The notes beneath the pieces are model-generated. The model was not told the origin of the DNA, ran no database searches, and saw only the letters and a program-made list of their open reading frames with translations. 64,000 bases of DNA from NCBI GenBank assembly GCA_963662585.1, contig OY759729.1:160001-224000 (forward strand), in the 5' to 3' direction. Shown piece after piece: positions 47,700 through 57,232 of this stretch (its first letter is position 1; each line of letters starts with the position of its first letter). The position numbers and the translations under genes are program-made. The DNA is from Candidatus Cloacimonadales bacterium. GTDB taxonomy: Bacteria; Cloacimonadota; Cloacimonadia; Cloacimonadales; JAFGVF01.

Positions 47700-50414
47700 A
47701 TGAAAAAAGTATTGATCGTATTATTAGCGATATTTGCTTGTTCGATCGCACAAGCAACTATCGATTTAAACACAGCGACATTGGAAGAACTCAAAACTCT
47801 TCCAATTACTGAACAACAAGCTCAAGATATCTTTGAATATCGTGAATTTGTGAGTTTCTTTGAGAGCATTTTTGATCTTAGAAGAATTGATTCTATAGAT
47901 CAAAAGACTATGCTCAATATTAGAAAGGAAGTGAAAATTTCTCGTTACACTGACATCGATGAAGTCGAACAGCGTAGAGAAGAAATCGGATATCTATTAG
48001 AAAATTTAGGTAATAGTGAAGGCTCTTCTGAAGGTATGAATGATGTTTGGCAAGACTACTTAATGTCTCCACAAAACATCAATTATATGCTTTATGAAGA
48101 CTTAATCAGTATTCCAAATGTATCAGCTGTTGATGCAGTAGCTATTCTTAAAAAAAGAGCTAATGGCGATAAATTCAGCAGTATTAGAGATATTCGTACC
48201 ACCCAGGGAATGTCGTATTATGGCTACTCAAATCTAAAAAATTATGTTTTCTTTGATGATTCTAAAGCTGTTAATAAAGTCTTTGTAGATTATCAATTCA
48301 AAATTGAATCACAAGACTTTGAAGAAGGTTCTACTGATATGTTTAAAGAACCACAGATTAGAGACACTTATAATGTAGATTATGATGATTTAATTGCTAT
48401 CAATAATGAACTTAGAAAAAAAGATAATTCCTATTATGGATATTTTAATCTAGATAGTTATCAGCCTGCTGTAAGTAACAAATTTAGAGCTAGATATGGT
48501 AATAAGTATAAATTTGGACTTATGGATTTCTCTGATAAAACACTTACTCCTACTATAGATAAAGGCTGGCAAGATCTTCGTGATGATGCTAAGTATTATG
48601 CAGGTTACGAAGATAAGTACACTCTAAATGATAATCGTGGTGGTTCATACTTTGTGAAAGCCTATGCAGGTCATTACAGAGCTACTTATGGTGAAGGTCT
48701 TGTCATGGAGAATACTGATTTTTACTCTCCTAGAAAAACTGGATTAGGCTTCTCTAAAAGAATTATGGGAATTACTCCTGATTTATCAAAAAGCCAGACA
48801 ACAGCCCTTAGAGGTGGTGCTGTTGAAGTTAAAAATGACTTCTTTACTGGTTCTTTCTTCTACTCTAATGCTAAAAAAGACGCCTTAGTTTATATGGAGA
48901 AATATACAGATGAAAATGGTAAAACATGGTCAGTACCTGTTAAAGATGAAGACGGCAACTATAAAGTATTCTCTTATATCACCTCTACTATTAGATTTGA
49001 TAATGATGATTTAGCCGAAGCTGAAGCTCATTTTAATCAAGAGTTAGGAACTCAAGAACTTCAATATACTGGTGATTATGCTGGTTATGATGTTGATTAT
49101 CTCAGCTTAGCTCCAAGAAAGAATATTGTTCATGAACAAATTCTTGGTGGTCATGTTCAATATAATCCGCTAATTGGAACTAGATTAGGTTTCACAACTT
49201 ATACTGCAACATATAATAATGCAGAGTTTGTTGTTCCTGAAGGTGGAGATTTGATGAGTCTAATTATTCGTAATAATAATAATTATAATAAGTGGAAACA
49301 ACCAAACACCGCAATTGAAGCGATGTATTCAACAAAAACAGATGAATATGATCGTGATTATAGAAGAGTTATTGGTTTCGATGGTGGAACTGTAATAAAT
49401 AATGTATCAATTGATGGTGAATATGCTGAGTTAACTACTAATGGTGATGATATGAAATTAGGCGATGATCCTAAAGCATATTTAGTTAAAGCCCATACTC
49501 AATATAATAATTTCTATTTCTTAACTCTATATAGAAACTATGATTTAGCTTTCGATAATCCTTACTCAAATGCCTTTGCTGAACAACCTAAGTACGATGA
49601 TACAATCTTAGATAAAAACATCTATGCCTTGGTTAATCCTCTAATTTCTGATGTCTATCAGAATTCTTCTCAAGCTCAAGCTGAGAAAGGTGTCTATTTC
49701 GAAACTCGTTATCAATTCCATCGTAACTTTATTCTTGGAAGAACCTATCTTGATGTATTTGAAAGAGTTGCTGATAGCAGAAATACTGTTAGATTCCAAA
49801 GTGAATTAGAGTATAGAGCTTTCCATCAACTTAGATTCAAATTAAAATATAAGAATCAGGTTAACAGATATGCTGATGATGCGGAAAGAGGTGTTTCAAA
49901 TACTCAAGAGTACACTCTTAGTGCTAGAATGCTCCTCTCTAATAGAAATTACTTGGATATAGAATATCGTTATAATACAGTAAAATCACCTCCTTATGTA
50001 TCTTTAACCAATCCGGCTGAAGAAGGAGAAAATAGTCATGCTCAATCAATGAGCTATATGAATGGTGACTATATTGCTGCTAATTACACTCACTATTTAA
50101 GTAAAAAATTAAAAGTTCGTGGCTCAGTATGTTTCTGGAATGGCTATGATATATCACATTGGGACTGGGAAGATATTGAATTAGACTTCATGGGTGATAG
50201 AGGATTCAAATACTGGTTCACTATCCAAAATAATATTTCTGAAAACCTTTATCTCTCATTTAAGTACAAGACTAAGATTTACAGAACTCAAGAATTATTC
50301 ATTAGAAAGTATAATACTACTGATGATCCTGGATTCCAAGAGATGCCAACCTATTACGATAGAGTTGAAAAGAAAGATAATACTTTTAGATTACAAATTG
50401 ATTATAGATTTTAA
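47700..50414 (+). CDS. Outer-membrane protein with N-terminal ComEA-like helix-hairpin-helix domains
   Basis: Signal peptide; IDLNTATLEELKTLP..QAQDIFEYRE and NINYMLYEDLISIPNV HhH modules; aromatic beta-rich C-terminal part ending QIDYRF. Confidence 0.8.
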   Translation: MKKVLIVLLAIFACSIAQATIDLNTATLEELKTLPITEQQAQDIFEYREFVSFFESIFDLRRIDSIDQKTMLNIRKEVKISRYTDIDEVEQRREEIGYLLENLGNSEGSSEGMNDVWQDYLMSPQNINYMLYEDLISIPNVSAVDAVAILKKRANGDKFSSIRDIRTTQGMSYYGYSNLKNYVFFDDSKAVNKVFVDYQFKIESQDFEEGSTDMFKEPQIRDTYNVDYDDLIAINNELRKKDNSYYGYFNLDSYQPAVSNKFRARYGNKYKFGLMDFSDKTLTPTIDKGWQDLRDDAKYYAGYEDKYTLNDNRGGSYFVKAYAGHYRATYGEGLVMENTDFYSPRKTGLGFSKRIMGITPDLSKSQTTALRGGAVEVKNDFFTGSFFYSNAKKDALVYMEKYTDENGKTWSVPVKDEDGNYKVFSYITSTIRFDNDDLAEAEAHFNQELGTQELQYTGDYAGYDVDYLSLAPRKNIVHEQILGGHVQYNPLIGTRLGFTTYTATYNNAEFVVPEGGDLMSLIIRNNNNYNKWKQPNTAIEAMYSTKTDEYDRDYRRVIGFDGGTVINNVSIDGEYAELTTNGDDMKLGDDPKAYLVKAHTQYNNFYFLTLYRNYDLAFDNPYSNAFAEQPKYDDTILDKNIYALVNPLISDVYQNSSQAQAEKGVYFETRYQFHRNFILGRTYLDVFERVADSRNTVRFQSELEYRAFHQLRFKLKYKNQVNRYADDAERGVSNTQEYTLSARMLLSNRNYLDIEYRYNTVKSPPYVSLTNPAEEGENSHAQSMSYMNGDYIAANYTHYLSKKLKVRGSVCFWNGYDISHWDWEDIELDFMGDRGFKYWFTIQNNISENLYLSFKYKTKIYRTQELFIRKYNTTDDPGFQEMPTYYDRVEKKDNTFRLQIDYRF

Positions 50415-50426
50415 TTGGAGGATTTA

Positions 50427-51845
50427 ATGTATAGAAAAATAATAATTTTATTACTAACAGTTTTAGCTGTTGGAACTTTAAGTGGGTATTCGTTAAATGA
50501 ATCGCATTACGGATATAAATTAAACACATTTGATGCAACAGCTGTTAGTATGGGAAATACAGGTACTGCAGGTTCCTCTAATCCCCTAGGTATTACCCTT
50601 AACGCTATTAATACCCTAAATCAAAATCAAACATTTGGTTTTGAAACATCAATAAATGCTAATAAAGTTGAAGATAAGAGATCTTTCCCTATGTATAACT
50701 CCTTCAACTCTTATATTAATGAATCAACCTACACAGCTCAAGAGAACATCTTCTACAACTTAGGTGTTGCTATTGCTGGTAAATATAGTGTAAATAAAAA
50801 GAACCATTTTGGCTTCGGCTTATATATGGCCCCTAAATATAGCTTCGCTGGTGAATATCTTGAAGAAGTTAGAAATAACGATAATTCAAATGATGATAAT
50901 TTCCCTGCTAAAATAGCTGTAAATAAGATTGATAACGAAGGTGCTATCTATGCTTATGGTTTATCTTTAGCTTATAAATACTCTTATGATAATTTAACTT
51001 ATCTTAAAAGTTTAGCTATCGGTGCTAATGTAGAAATGCTTTCAGGTAATGCAGATTCTGATAAGACTATAAGATTCACTGACTGGGCACATGCTAATGC
51101 TGGTTACGGAACTCTTTTAGATTATGAAGAAACTTATAATCGTGATTTATCTGGTCTGGCTACTCAATTCAGTATGAACTATGAAGTAAACCATAGAACA
51201 ACTTTATCTTTTGTCTTTAGTCCTAAAACAACTATATCTGTAGATGCAGAATCTAAACTAAATGCTTATCGTACTTATGCTGATTCTACTAGCTTAGTAA
51301 GCATAATTCCAACAGGTGCAGATTCACTTAAACACGAATTAATGTTTAATGATTATGATCTTCCATCTTCTTATAAATTTGCCTTCCAATTCAAACCTCG
51401 TAATGTTTTAAAAACTACTTTTAATGTTGAAGCTGAATTGGTTCGCTGGTCAGAGACTAATAATCTTTTCCAAGATAAATACAACTACTATCTTGGGATA
51501 GAACATAAAATTATTGAGACTGTTCCTGTAAGATTAGGCTTTAGTTCTACTCACAGTTATGATATAGCTTATGATAATGAATATGCTTATACTGTTGAAT
51601 TAATGACACCTTCTGTTGCTCTTGGAACAGGATTTAAATTCTCAAATTCATTAAGAGCTGATCTAGGCTTTAAATACTCTTTCAGAGAATACGAAACATT
51701 AGATCTTTTCATGGATGAGTATTATGAAAATGCAAGTTTATGGCCTAATACTCATATTAGTCTTCAAAATCGTGACTGGTCAAATCCTGATACAGTAAAA
51801 GAGAATATATTTGACTTTATGTTCTCCTTAACATTGGATATTTAA
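50427..51845 (+). CDS. Putative outer-membrane beta-barrel (FadL/porin-like)
   Basis: GGAGG RBS, signal peptide, DATAVSMGNTGTA..NP N-terminus, alternating beta strands, LGIEH..PVRLGF. Confidence 0.7.
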   Translation: MYRKIIILLLTVLAVGTLSGYSLNESHYGYKLNTFDATAVSMGNTGTAGSSNPLGITLNAINTLNQNQTFGFETSINANKVEDKRSFPMYNSFNSYINESTYTAQENIFYNLGVAIAGKYSVNKKNHFGFGLYMAPKYSFAGEYLEEVRNNDNSNDDNFPAKIAVNKIDNEGAIYAYGLSLAYKYSYDNLTYLKSLAIGANVEMLSGNADSDKTIRFTDWAHANAGYGTLLDYEETYNRDLSGLATQFSMNYEVNHRTTLSFVFSPKTTISVDAESKLNAYRTYADSTSLVSIIPTGADSLKHELMFNDYDLPSSYKFAFQFKPRNVLKTTFNVEAELVRWSETNNLFQDKYNYYLGIEHKIIETVPVRLGFSSTHSYDIAYDNEYAYTVELMTPSVALGTGFKFSNSLRADLGFKYSFREYETLDLFMDEYYENASLWPNTHISLQNRDWSNPDTVKENIFDFMFSLTLDI

Positions 51846-51868
51846 CCCTAAAATAAATAAGGTAAATT

Positions 51869-53509
51869 ATGAAAAATTTAATTATAATTCTATCTCTCCT
51901 TACTCTCTTTAGCCTTAATGCTGAAGACTTGAGATTAGATATTATGTTTAGTAATGATGTTCATGGTGGTATCTCACGCGATGAAGCTACCTTTATGAAC
52001 CCGGAATTCCCACCTAGATTAGGAGGCGGAGCTTCTCATGCTACCCTAATCAAATATGTGAGAAGTCTGGCTAGCGAAAAAAGAGCTAATCTTTTACTTG
52101 ATGCTGGTGACTTCTGGCAAGGTAAACCTATCGGTACCGTTACTAATGGTGAAGCTATTATTGAATATTATAACATGATTGGTTATGATGCTTTAACTAT
52201 CGGTAACCATGAATATGATATCAAAGAAAAAGAGATCATTGAAACTCTTAAAATGGCTAATTTCCCAATTCTCTCTTGTAATATTGTAGATAAAGCTACA
52301 GGACAACTAGTAGATTATGTGCAACCTTATGTTATGATAGAGAAAATGGGAGTTAAAATTGGTTTAATTGGTGTAACAACTATTGATACTAAACTTATGA
52401 GTTTCCCTGATAATATCGAAGGACTTGACTTCTTAGATGAAATTGAATCACTTAATAAATATATTCCTATCGTCAAGGCTAAAGGCGCTGATATTGTTAT
52501 CGTTCTCGGCCACATGGGTCTTCCCTATGACCCTGCTGCTAGCTATAAAAAGAGATTCGTAGATGATTCCATGGAAAAGAAGAAAAGATACTATGGTTGG
52601 GATTCTCAAGAGATTCTTCATCATGTTGAAGGTATTGACCTCTTAGTTGGTGGTCACATGCATAAAGGCTTTGCTGAACCATGGATTGATCCTGTAACTC
52701 AAGGAATGGCTATTCAAGGCTACGCCTTTGGCTCTAACTTAGGTTGGATTACTCTTAAAATCGATCCAGAGACAAAAACTCTTTCAGGTTATGAACTCCC
52801 TTCTCTTTCTAATGGATTAATGATAACTATGTTTGAAGATGAGTTCCCTCTTGATCCAGAGATTAATGAAGTTATTGAAGCTAACAGAAAATTAGCAGAA
52901 GCTGGTATGGATGATGTTATCGGTTCTTCAGAAGTTCATCTCCACAGACAAAATGTGGAAGCTCAATCTCCAATGGGTAATACTGTTGCTGATGCAATGA
53001 GACTTCAAACTAATGCTGATTTCTCTTTCTTAAACTTAGGTGGAATTAGAGCAGAAATCGGTGCTGGTCCTGTTACTTATAGAGATATCTTCTCTGTAAT
53101 GCCTTTTGATAATCAGCTTATCTCCTTCCAATGTGACGGAAGATTCTTAAAACAAATCATCGAAACTCGTATTGAAGGTTCAAGAGCTGGTATGATCTGT
53201 TCAGGTGCTAAAGTTAGATTTAGTAGAACTAGGGAAAACTTTGACAGAATCACTGAATTAATCATCGGTGGACAAGAATGGGATCCTGACAAAATCTACA
53301 CAGTTGCTACAACAGACTTCTTAATGGAAGGAAATGCTGGCTTAGCTCTCTTAACAAATGTTGAAGAAGAAAATATCTCTCGCAATGAATTGAACTTGAG
53401 AGATGCTATAGCTAATCATTTCAAACAAAACTCACCTATGAAAACAAAAATTGATGATCGTTGGATTAGAGATGATAAATCCGAACCAAAAGAGTATTTA
53501 AGGAAATAA
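51869..53509 (+). CDS. Periplasmic 5'-nucleotidase/UDP-sugar hydrolase family metallophosphoesterase
   Basis: Signal peptide; NDVHG, LDAGD, GNHEYD, GGHMH, NLGGIRA, MPFDN. Confidence 0.93.
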   Translation: MKNLIIILSLLTLFSLNAEDLRLDIMFSNDVHGGISRDEATFMNPEFPPRLGGGASHATLIKYVRSLASEKRANLLLDAGDFWQGKPIGTVTNGEAIIEYYNMIGYDALTIGNHEYDIKEKEIIETLKMANFPILSCNIVDKATGQLVDYVQPYVMIEKMGVKIGLIGVTTIDTKLMSFPDNIEGLDFLDEIESLNKYIPIVKAKGADIVIVLGHMGLPYDPAASYKKRFVDDSMEKKKRYYGWDSQEILHHVEGIDLLVGGHMHKGFAEPWIDPVTQGMAIQGYAFGSNLGWITLKIDPETKTLSGYELPSLSNGLMITMFEDEFPLDPEINEVIEANRKLAEAGMDDVIGSSEVHLHRQNVEAQSPMGNTVADAMRLQTNADFSFLNLGGIRAEIGAGPVTYRDIFSVMPFDNQLISFQCDGRFLKQIIETRIEGSRAGMICSGAKVRFSRTRENFDRITELIIGGQEWDPDKIYTVATTDFLMEGNAGLALLTNVEEENISRNELNLRDAIANHFKQNSPMKTKIDDRWIRDDKSEPKEYLRK

Positions 53510-53512
53510 TTA

Positions 53513-54199
53513 ATGATTACACTTGCTATTGATACCTCAAATAGCTCTGGCAGTATTGCCTTACTAAAAAATAAAGAACTACTCTTTAGTAGCTTCTTCA
53601 ATATAAAGATTACTCATTCAGAGACTTTAATGCCCGAAATAGATCGGGCATTAAGCCTCTGTAATCTTAAAACTAGTGATTTAGATGCAATTGCTATTGC
53701 CATAGGTCCTGGATCATTTACAGGACTAAGAATCGGCTTAGCTACAGTAAAAGGTATAAGCTATGCCCATAAAGTACCTATCATTCCGATAAGTTCACTT
53801 AAAGTAGTAGCAATGAATTATTATAATTGTGGCAAAGACATCTTAGTAATGCAAGATGCTAAAATGAAAGAAGTATATGTTGCTCTCTACTCTTCTCAAT
53901 TAGAAGAGATTATTGCCCCTGTCTGTATTAAACCTGAAGAGGTGAAGCAACTTATAAACAAAGCAACTATTATTGTTGGAACAGGTATTGCGAATTATCA
54001 AGAATTTATTAAAGGTTCTCCCGATATTGAGATTAATCCTCTCCTAGAGAAAAATCAAGCAAAAGCAGAATCAATGTTTTCTATTATCCAAATTGAAAAT
54101 ATTAATCCTTCTTTTGACTTCGATTTTAATTCTAAACTTGAACCATATTATATTCGTAAATCCCAGGCGGAAGTTAATCGAATTCAAAAAAATAATTAG
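53513..54199 (+). CDS. tsaB: t6A biosynthesis protein TsaB
   Basis: LAIDTS, HSETLMP, GPGSFTGLRIG, EPYYIRKSQAE. Confidence 0.96.
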   Translation: MITLAIDTSNSSGSIALLKNKELLFSSFFNIKITHSETLMPEIDRALSLCNLKTSDLDAIAIAIGPGSFTGLRIGLATVKGISYAHKVPIIPISSLKVVAMNYYNCGKDILVMQDAKMKEVYVALYSSQLEEIIAPVCIKPEEVKQLINKATIIVGTGIANYQEFIKGSPDIEINPLLEKNQAKAESMFSIIQIENINPSFDFDFNSKLEPYYIRKSQAEVNRIQKNN

Positions 54200-54233
54200 T
54201 TAAAAAACCTCTATCGTAGGTATAAATTTTGGA

Positions 54234-55277
54234 GTGAATATGTTATTACAAAGATTGTTTAGCAAAATATCAAATGATATTGCTATTGACTTAGGTACAG
54301 CGAATACCTTAGTATATAAAAAAAATTCTGGTATCGTAATTAATGAACCATCTGTTGTTGCTTTATCGACAGATAGTAAAAAAGTGCTAGCTATTGGCAC
54401 CGATGCTAAAGAGATGTTAGGAAGAAATCCTGCAGAAGTGACAGTAATTAAACCACTCAAAGATGGTGTGATTGCTGATTTTCAGGTTACAGAAATTATG
54501 CTCCGAAACTTAATTCTTAGAGCCCAAAAAAATAAATTCCATATCAGACCTAGAGTTATCGTATGTGTTCCTTCAGGAATTACTGAGGTTGAAAAAAGAG
54601 CTGTTAGAGATAGTGCCTTGCATGCTGGCTCGCGCGAAGTATATCTAGTTTCCGAACCCATTGCTGCTGCTATCGGAGCCGACCTTCAGATTAACAAACC
54701 TTATGGTAACTTAGTCATGGATATCGGTGGAGGAACTTCTGAAATCGCTGTAATCTCCCTCTCCCATATCGTAGTTCATAACTCAATAAGAGTTGGAGGA
54801 GATTCTATCGATAGAGATATTATTAATCATCTTCGCAAAAAGAATAATCTTCATGTAGGTATTCAAACCGCTGAAGAGATTAAAAAGAAAATTGGTTCAT
54901 GTGTTCCTCTTAAAGAAGAGTTAATAATGAATGTATCTGGCAGAGATATCGTTAGTGGTTACCCAGTAACAGTTGAAATCTCTTCTGATGAAATAAGAGA
55001 AGCCATTAGCGACACTGTAGATATTATGATTGACGCAATAAAAAAATTGTTTGAAAAGACTGCTCCAGAATTAGCTTCAGATATAGCTGAAAGAGGTGTT
55101 TTCTTAACTGGTGGTGGAGCTTTACTAAGAGGATTAGACACAAAAATACAAAAGACCGTTGATTTACCAGTTCATGTTGTCCCTGATCCCTTAACCTGCG
55201 TTGTAAAAGGTTCTGGTAAAATCTTAGATAATTTAGAACTTTATAAAGAAGTATTGATTAAGAAAATTGAAGATTAA
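54234..55277 (+). CDS. mreB: Rod shape-determining protein MreB
   Basis: IAIDLGTANTL, PLKDGVIADF, DIGGGTSE, LTGGGALL. Confidence 0.98.
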   Translation: MNMLLQRLFSKISNDIAIDLGTANTLVYKKNSGIVINEPSVVALSTDSKKVLAIGTDAKEMLGRNPAEVTVIKPLKDGVIADFQVTEIMLRNLILRAQKNKFHIRPRVIVCVPSGITEVEKRAVRDSALHAGSREVYLVSEPIAAAIGADLQINKPYGNLVMDIGGGTSEIAVISLSHIVVHNSIRVGGDSIDRDIINHLRKKNNLHVGIQTAEEIKKKIGSCVPLKEELIMNVSGRDIVSGYPVTVEISSDEIREAISDTVDIMIDAIKKLFEKTAPELASDIAERGVFLTGGGALLRGLDTKIQKTVDLPVHVVPDPLTCVVKGSGKILDNLELYKEVLIKKIED

Positions 55278-55282
55278 TAAGC

Positions 55283-56077
55283 GTGAAAAAAATCTCATTT
55301 TTACGATTGATTCTATTAATAGTTTCGATAATTTTAGTTATTGGAGATCAAGATCATAAGATTAAGAAAGCTGATTTTTTCTCATCTTATATTTTATATC
55401 CCTACTCAAAATCGATAAACTATTTTCAATCACTTAAGAAAAAAGAGAGTGAAATTGAAAAACTTACTCAAGAACTTTTTGAACAGCGAATTAATACTAG
55501 TTTACTTAAATCAGAATTAATCAGAACTAAAGCAGAATTAGACTTAAAAGATAGATGGTTCTCTGAATCAGATTCTCTCTTTAAAAGTTTGGAGATTATC
55601 AGTGCGAAAGTTATTTCCAACTCCTTTCCAGTCTATTCTAAAGTACTAATGTTAGATAAAGGTTTAACAGATCACATTGAAGTCAATGATGCCGTAATCA
55701 GCCAATATGGTATTGTTGGGAAAGTTTTTAATGTTTCTCCAACTCACTCTTTAGTCCTACCCATAGTTAATTATAATGCTAAATTCTCTGTTATGAATAA
55801 GAAAAATGTTCAAGGAATACTTAATGCAGATTATCAAGGTACTCTTAAAATGAGTTTTATTGAAAAAAATTCAGACATTAATGCTGGAGATACCTTGTAT
55901 ACTTCTAATTTATCTGAGGTCTTTACGAATTATTATGCCCCTGTTGGAGTAGTTGACTCTGTATTTATGGCAAATAATCAATTATATTTAGAGGCTTTAG
56001 TGAGATCTTTTACCCAGATAAATAATCTTACAACTGTATTTGTTATTAAAAGGAAAACAAAAAATGAAAAAATTTGA
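55283..56077 (+). CDS. mreC: Rod shape-determining protein MreC
   Basis: TM plus coiled coil, ISAKVI, LDKG, GIVGKV, GDTLYTS; follows mreB. Confidence 0.92.
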   Translation: MKKISFLRLILLIVSIILVIGDQDHKIKKADFFSSYILYPYSKSINYFQSLKKKESEIEKLTQELFEQRINTSLLKSELIRTKAELDLKDRWFSESDSLFKSLEIISAKVISNSFPVYSKVLMLDKGLTDHIEVNDAVISQYGIVGKVFNVSPTHSLVLPIVNYNAKFSVMNKKNVQGILNADYQGTLKMSFIEKNSDINAGDTLYTSNLSEVFTNYYAPVGVVDSVFMANNQLYLEALVRSFTQINNLTTVFVIKRKTKNEKI

Positions 56078-56741
56078 ACCAGTGGTTATTATCAATAATG
56101 TTAGCTATCGTAGAATACCTATTAAAACAAGAATTTTATCACCTCAAGATGATATTATAGATTTAATCAAGGAATATGTAAAACCTCTTTTTCAAACTGG
56201 AGATATTGTTACTCTAAGTGAATCTCCAGTAGCTATTACCCAAGGTCGTGCTATTCCGGTCAGCGAACTAAAAATTGGTTGGTTAGCTAATTTCCTTTGG
56301 AAGTATGTAGCAAAAGTTCCTTACGGGGTTGGACTTCGTGCACCTGAAAGTATGCAGTGTGCAATTGATGAAGCTGGGGGATTAAGAATTATCCTAGCTG
56401 CTGGTGTTGGAGCTATAACTAAATTGTTTGGTATCAAAGGAATGTTCTATAGAGTTGCTGGTATGCAAGCTGCTCTTATTGATGCAGCAACAACCTCACC
56501 TGTCCCCCCTTACGATAAATGCGTGATTAAAGGTCCAAAGAACCCGCAAAAAGTAACAGAAGATATCTACAAAGCAACTGGCATTGATACAGTAATTATG
56601 GATATCAATGATATCGGTGGAAGCTGGGCTATAGGTGCTAGCAAGAATGTTGATAAGAAGTTAGTCCAGAAGATTATGAAAGATAATCCTCAAGGTCAGG
56701 GAGATGAACTAACACCCTTCTGCATTATTAGGCAAGAATAA
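56064..56741 (+). CDS. CofE-like (F420-0:L-glutamate ligase family) protein
   Basis: IPIKTRI, GDIVTLSESPVAITQGR, FYRVAG..AALID, IMDINDIG, DNPQGQGDELTPFCIIR. Confidence 0.85.
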   Translation: MKKFEPVVIINNVSYRRIPIKTRILSPQDDIIDLIKEYVKPLFQTGDIVTLSESPVAITQGRAIPVSELKIGWLANFLWKYVAKVPYGVGLRAPESMQCAIDEAGGLRIILAAGVGAITKLFGIKGMFYRVAGMQAALIDAATTSPVPPYDKCVIKGPKNPQKVTEDIYKATGIDTVIMDINDIGGSWAIGASKNVDKKLVQKIMKDNPQGQGDELTPFCIIRQE

Positions 56742-57232
56742 TGAATTCTGTTCTCTTAAGTATTCTTACTTTATTTGGTTTATTTTATCAAGTTCTTACA
56801 CTTAATGAAGTGTCACTTTTTAATTATATACCAAATATTTTAATAGCTCTTTTGATATTTAGTCACTTTTATCTTAATATCAATTACCATACTTTGCTCT
56901 TCTTTCTGGTTGGTTTAGCACTAGACTGTAGTAATCCCCTTATGTTTGGGACTATTACTTTCTCATTTATGCTCATATCCTACTTAACAACAACAATTAG
57001 AAAGCATATAGATTTACACATTTTTGTTAATAAATTAGTTTTAGTTGTAGTGTCTAATGCTGTATTTTATTTAATTTATCTCTTCTTTTCTACTATTACC
57101 TACAAACAGCCTTTTCCTATTATTCTATTAAATTTTGCAATTAGTCTCTTTCTTAATACAATCTTCTCTGTAATAATAATTACTGTCTTAGATTTTATAA
57201 GAATGTTGAAATTAGATTACTCAAATGAATAA
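56741..57232 (+). CDS. mreD: Rod shape-determining protein MreD
   Basis: About 5 TMs, PNILI and FLVGLALD motifs; position before mrdA. Confidence 0.8.
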   Translation: MNSVLLSILTLFGLFYQVLTLNEVSLFNYIPNILIALLIFSHFYLNINYHTLLFFLVGLALDCSNPLMFGTITFSFMLISYLTTTIRKHIDLHIFVNKLVLVVVSNAVFYLIYLFFSTITYKQPFPIILLNFAISLFLNTIFSVIIITVLDFIRMLKLDYSNE

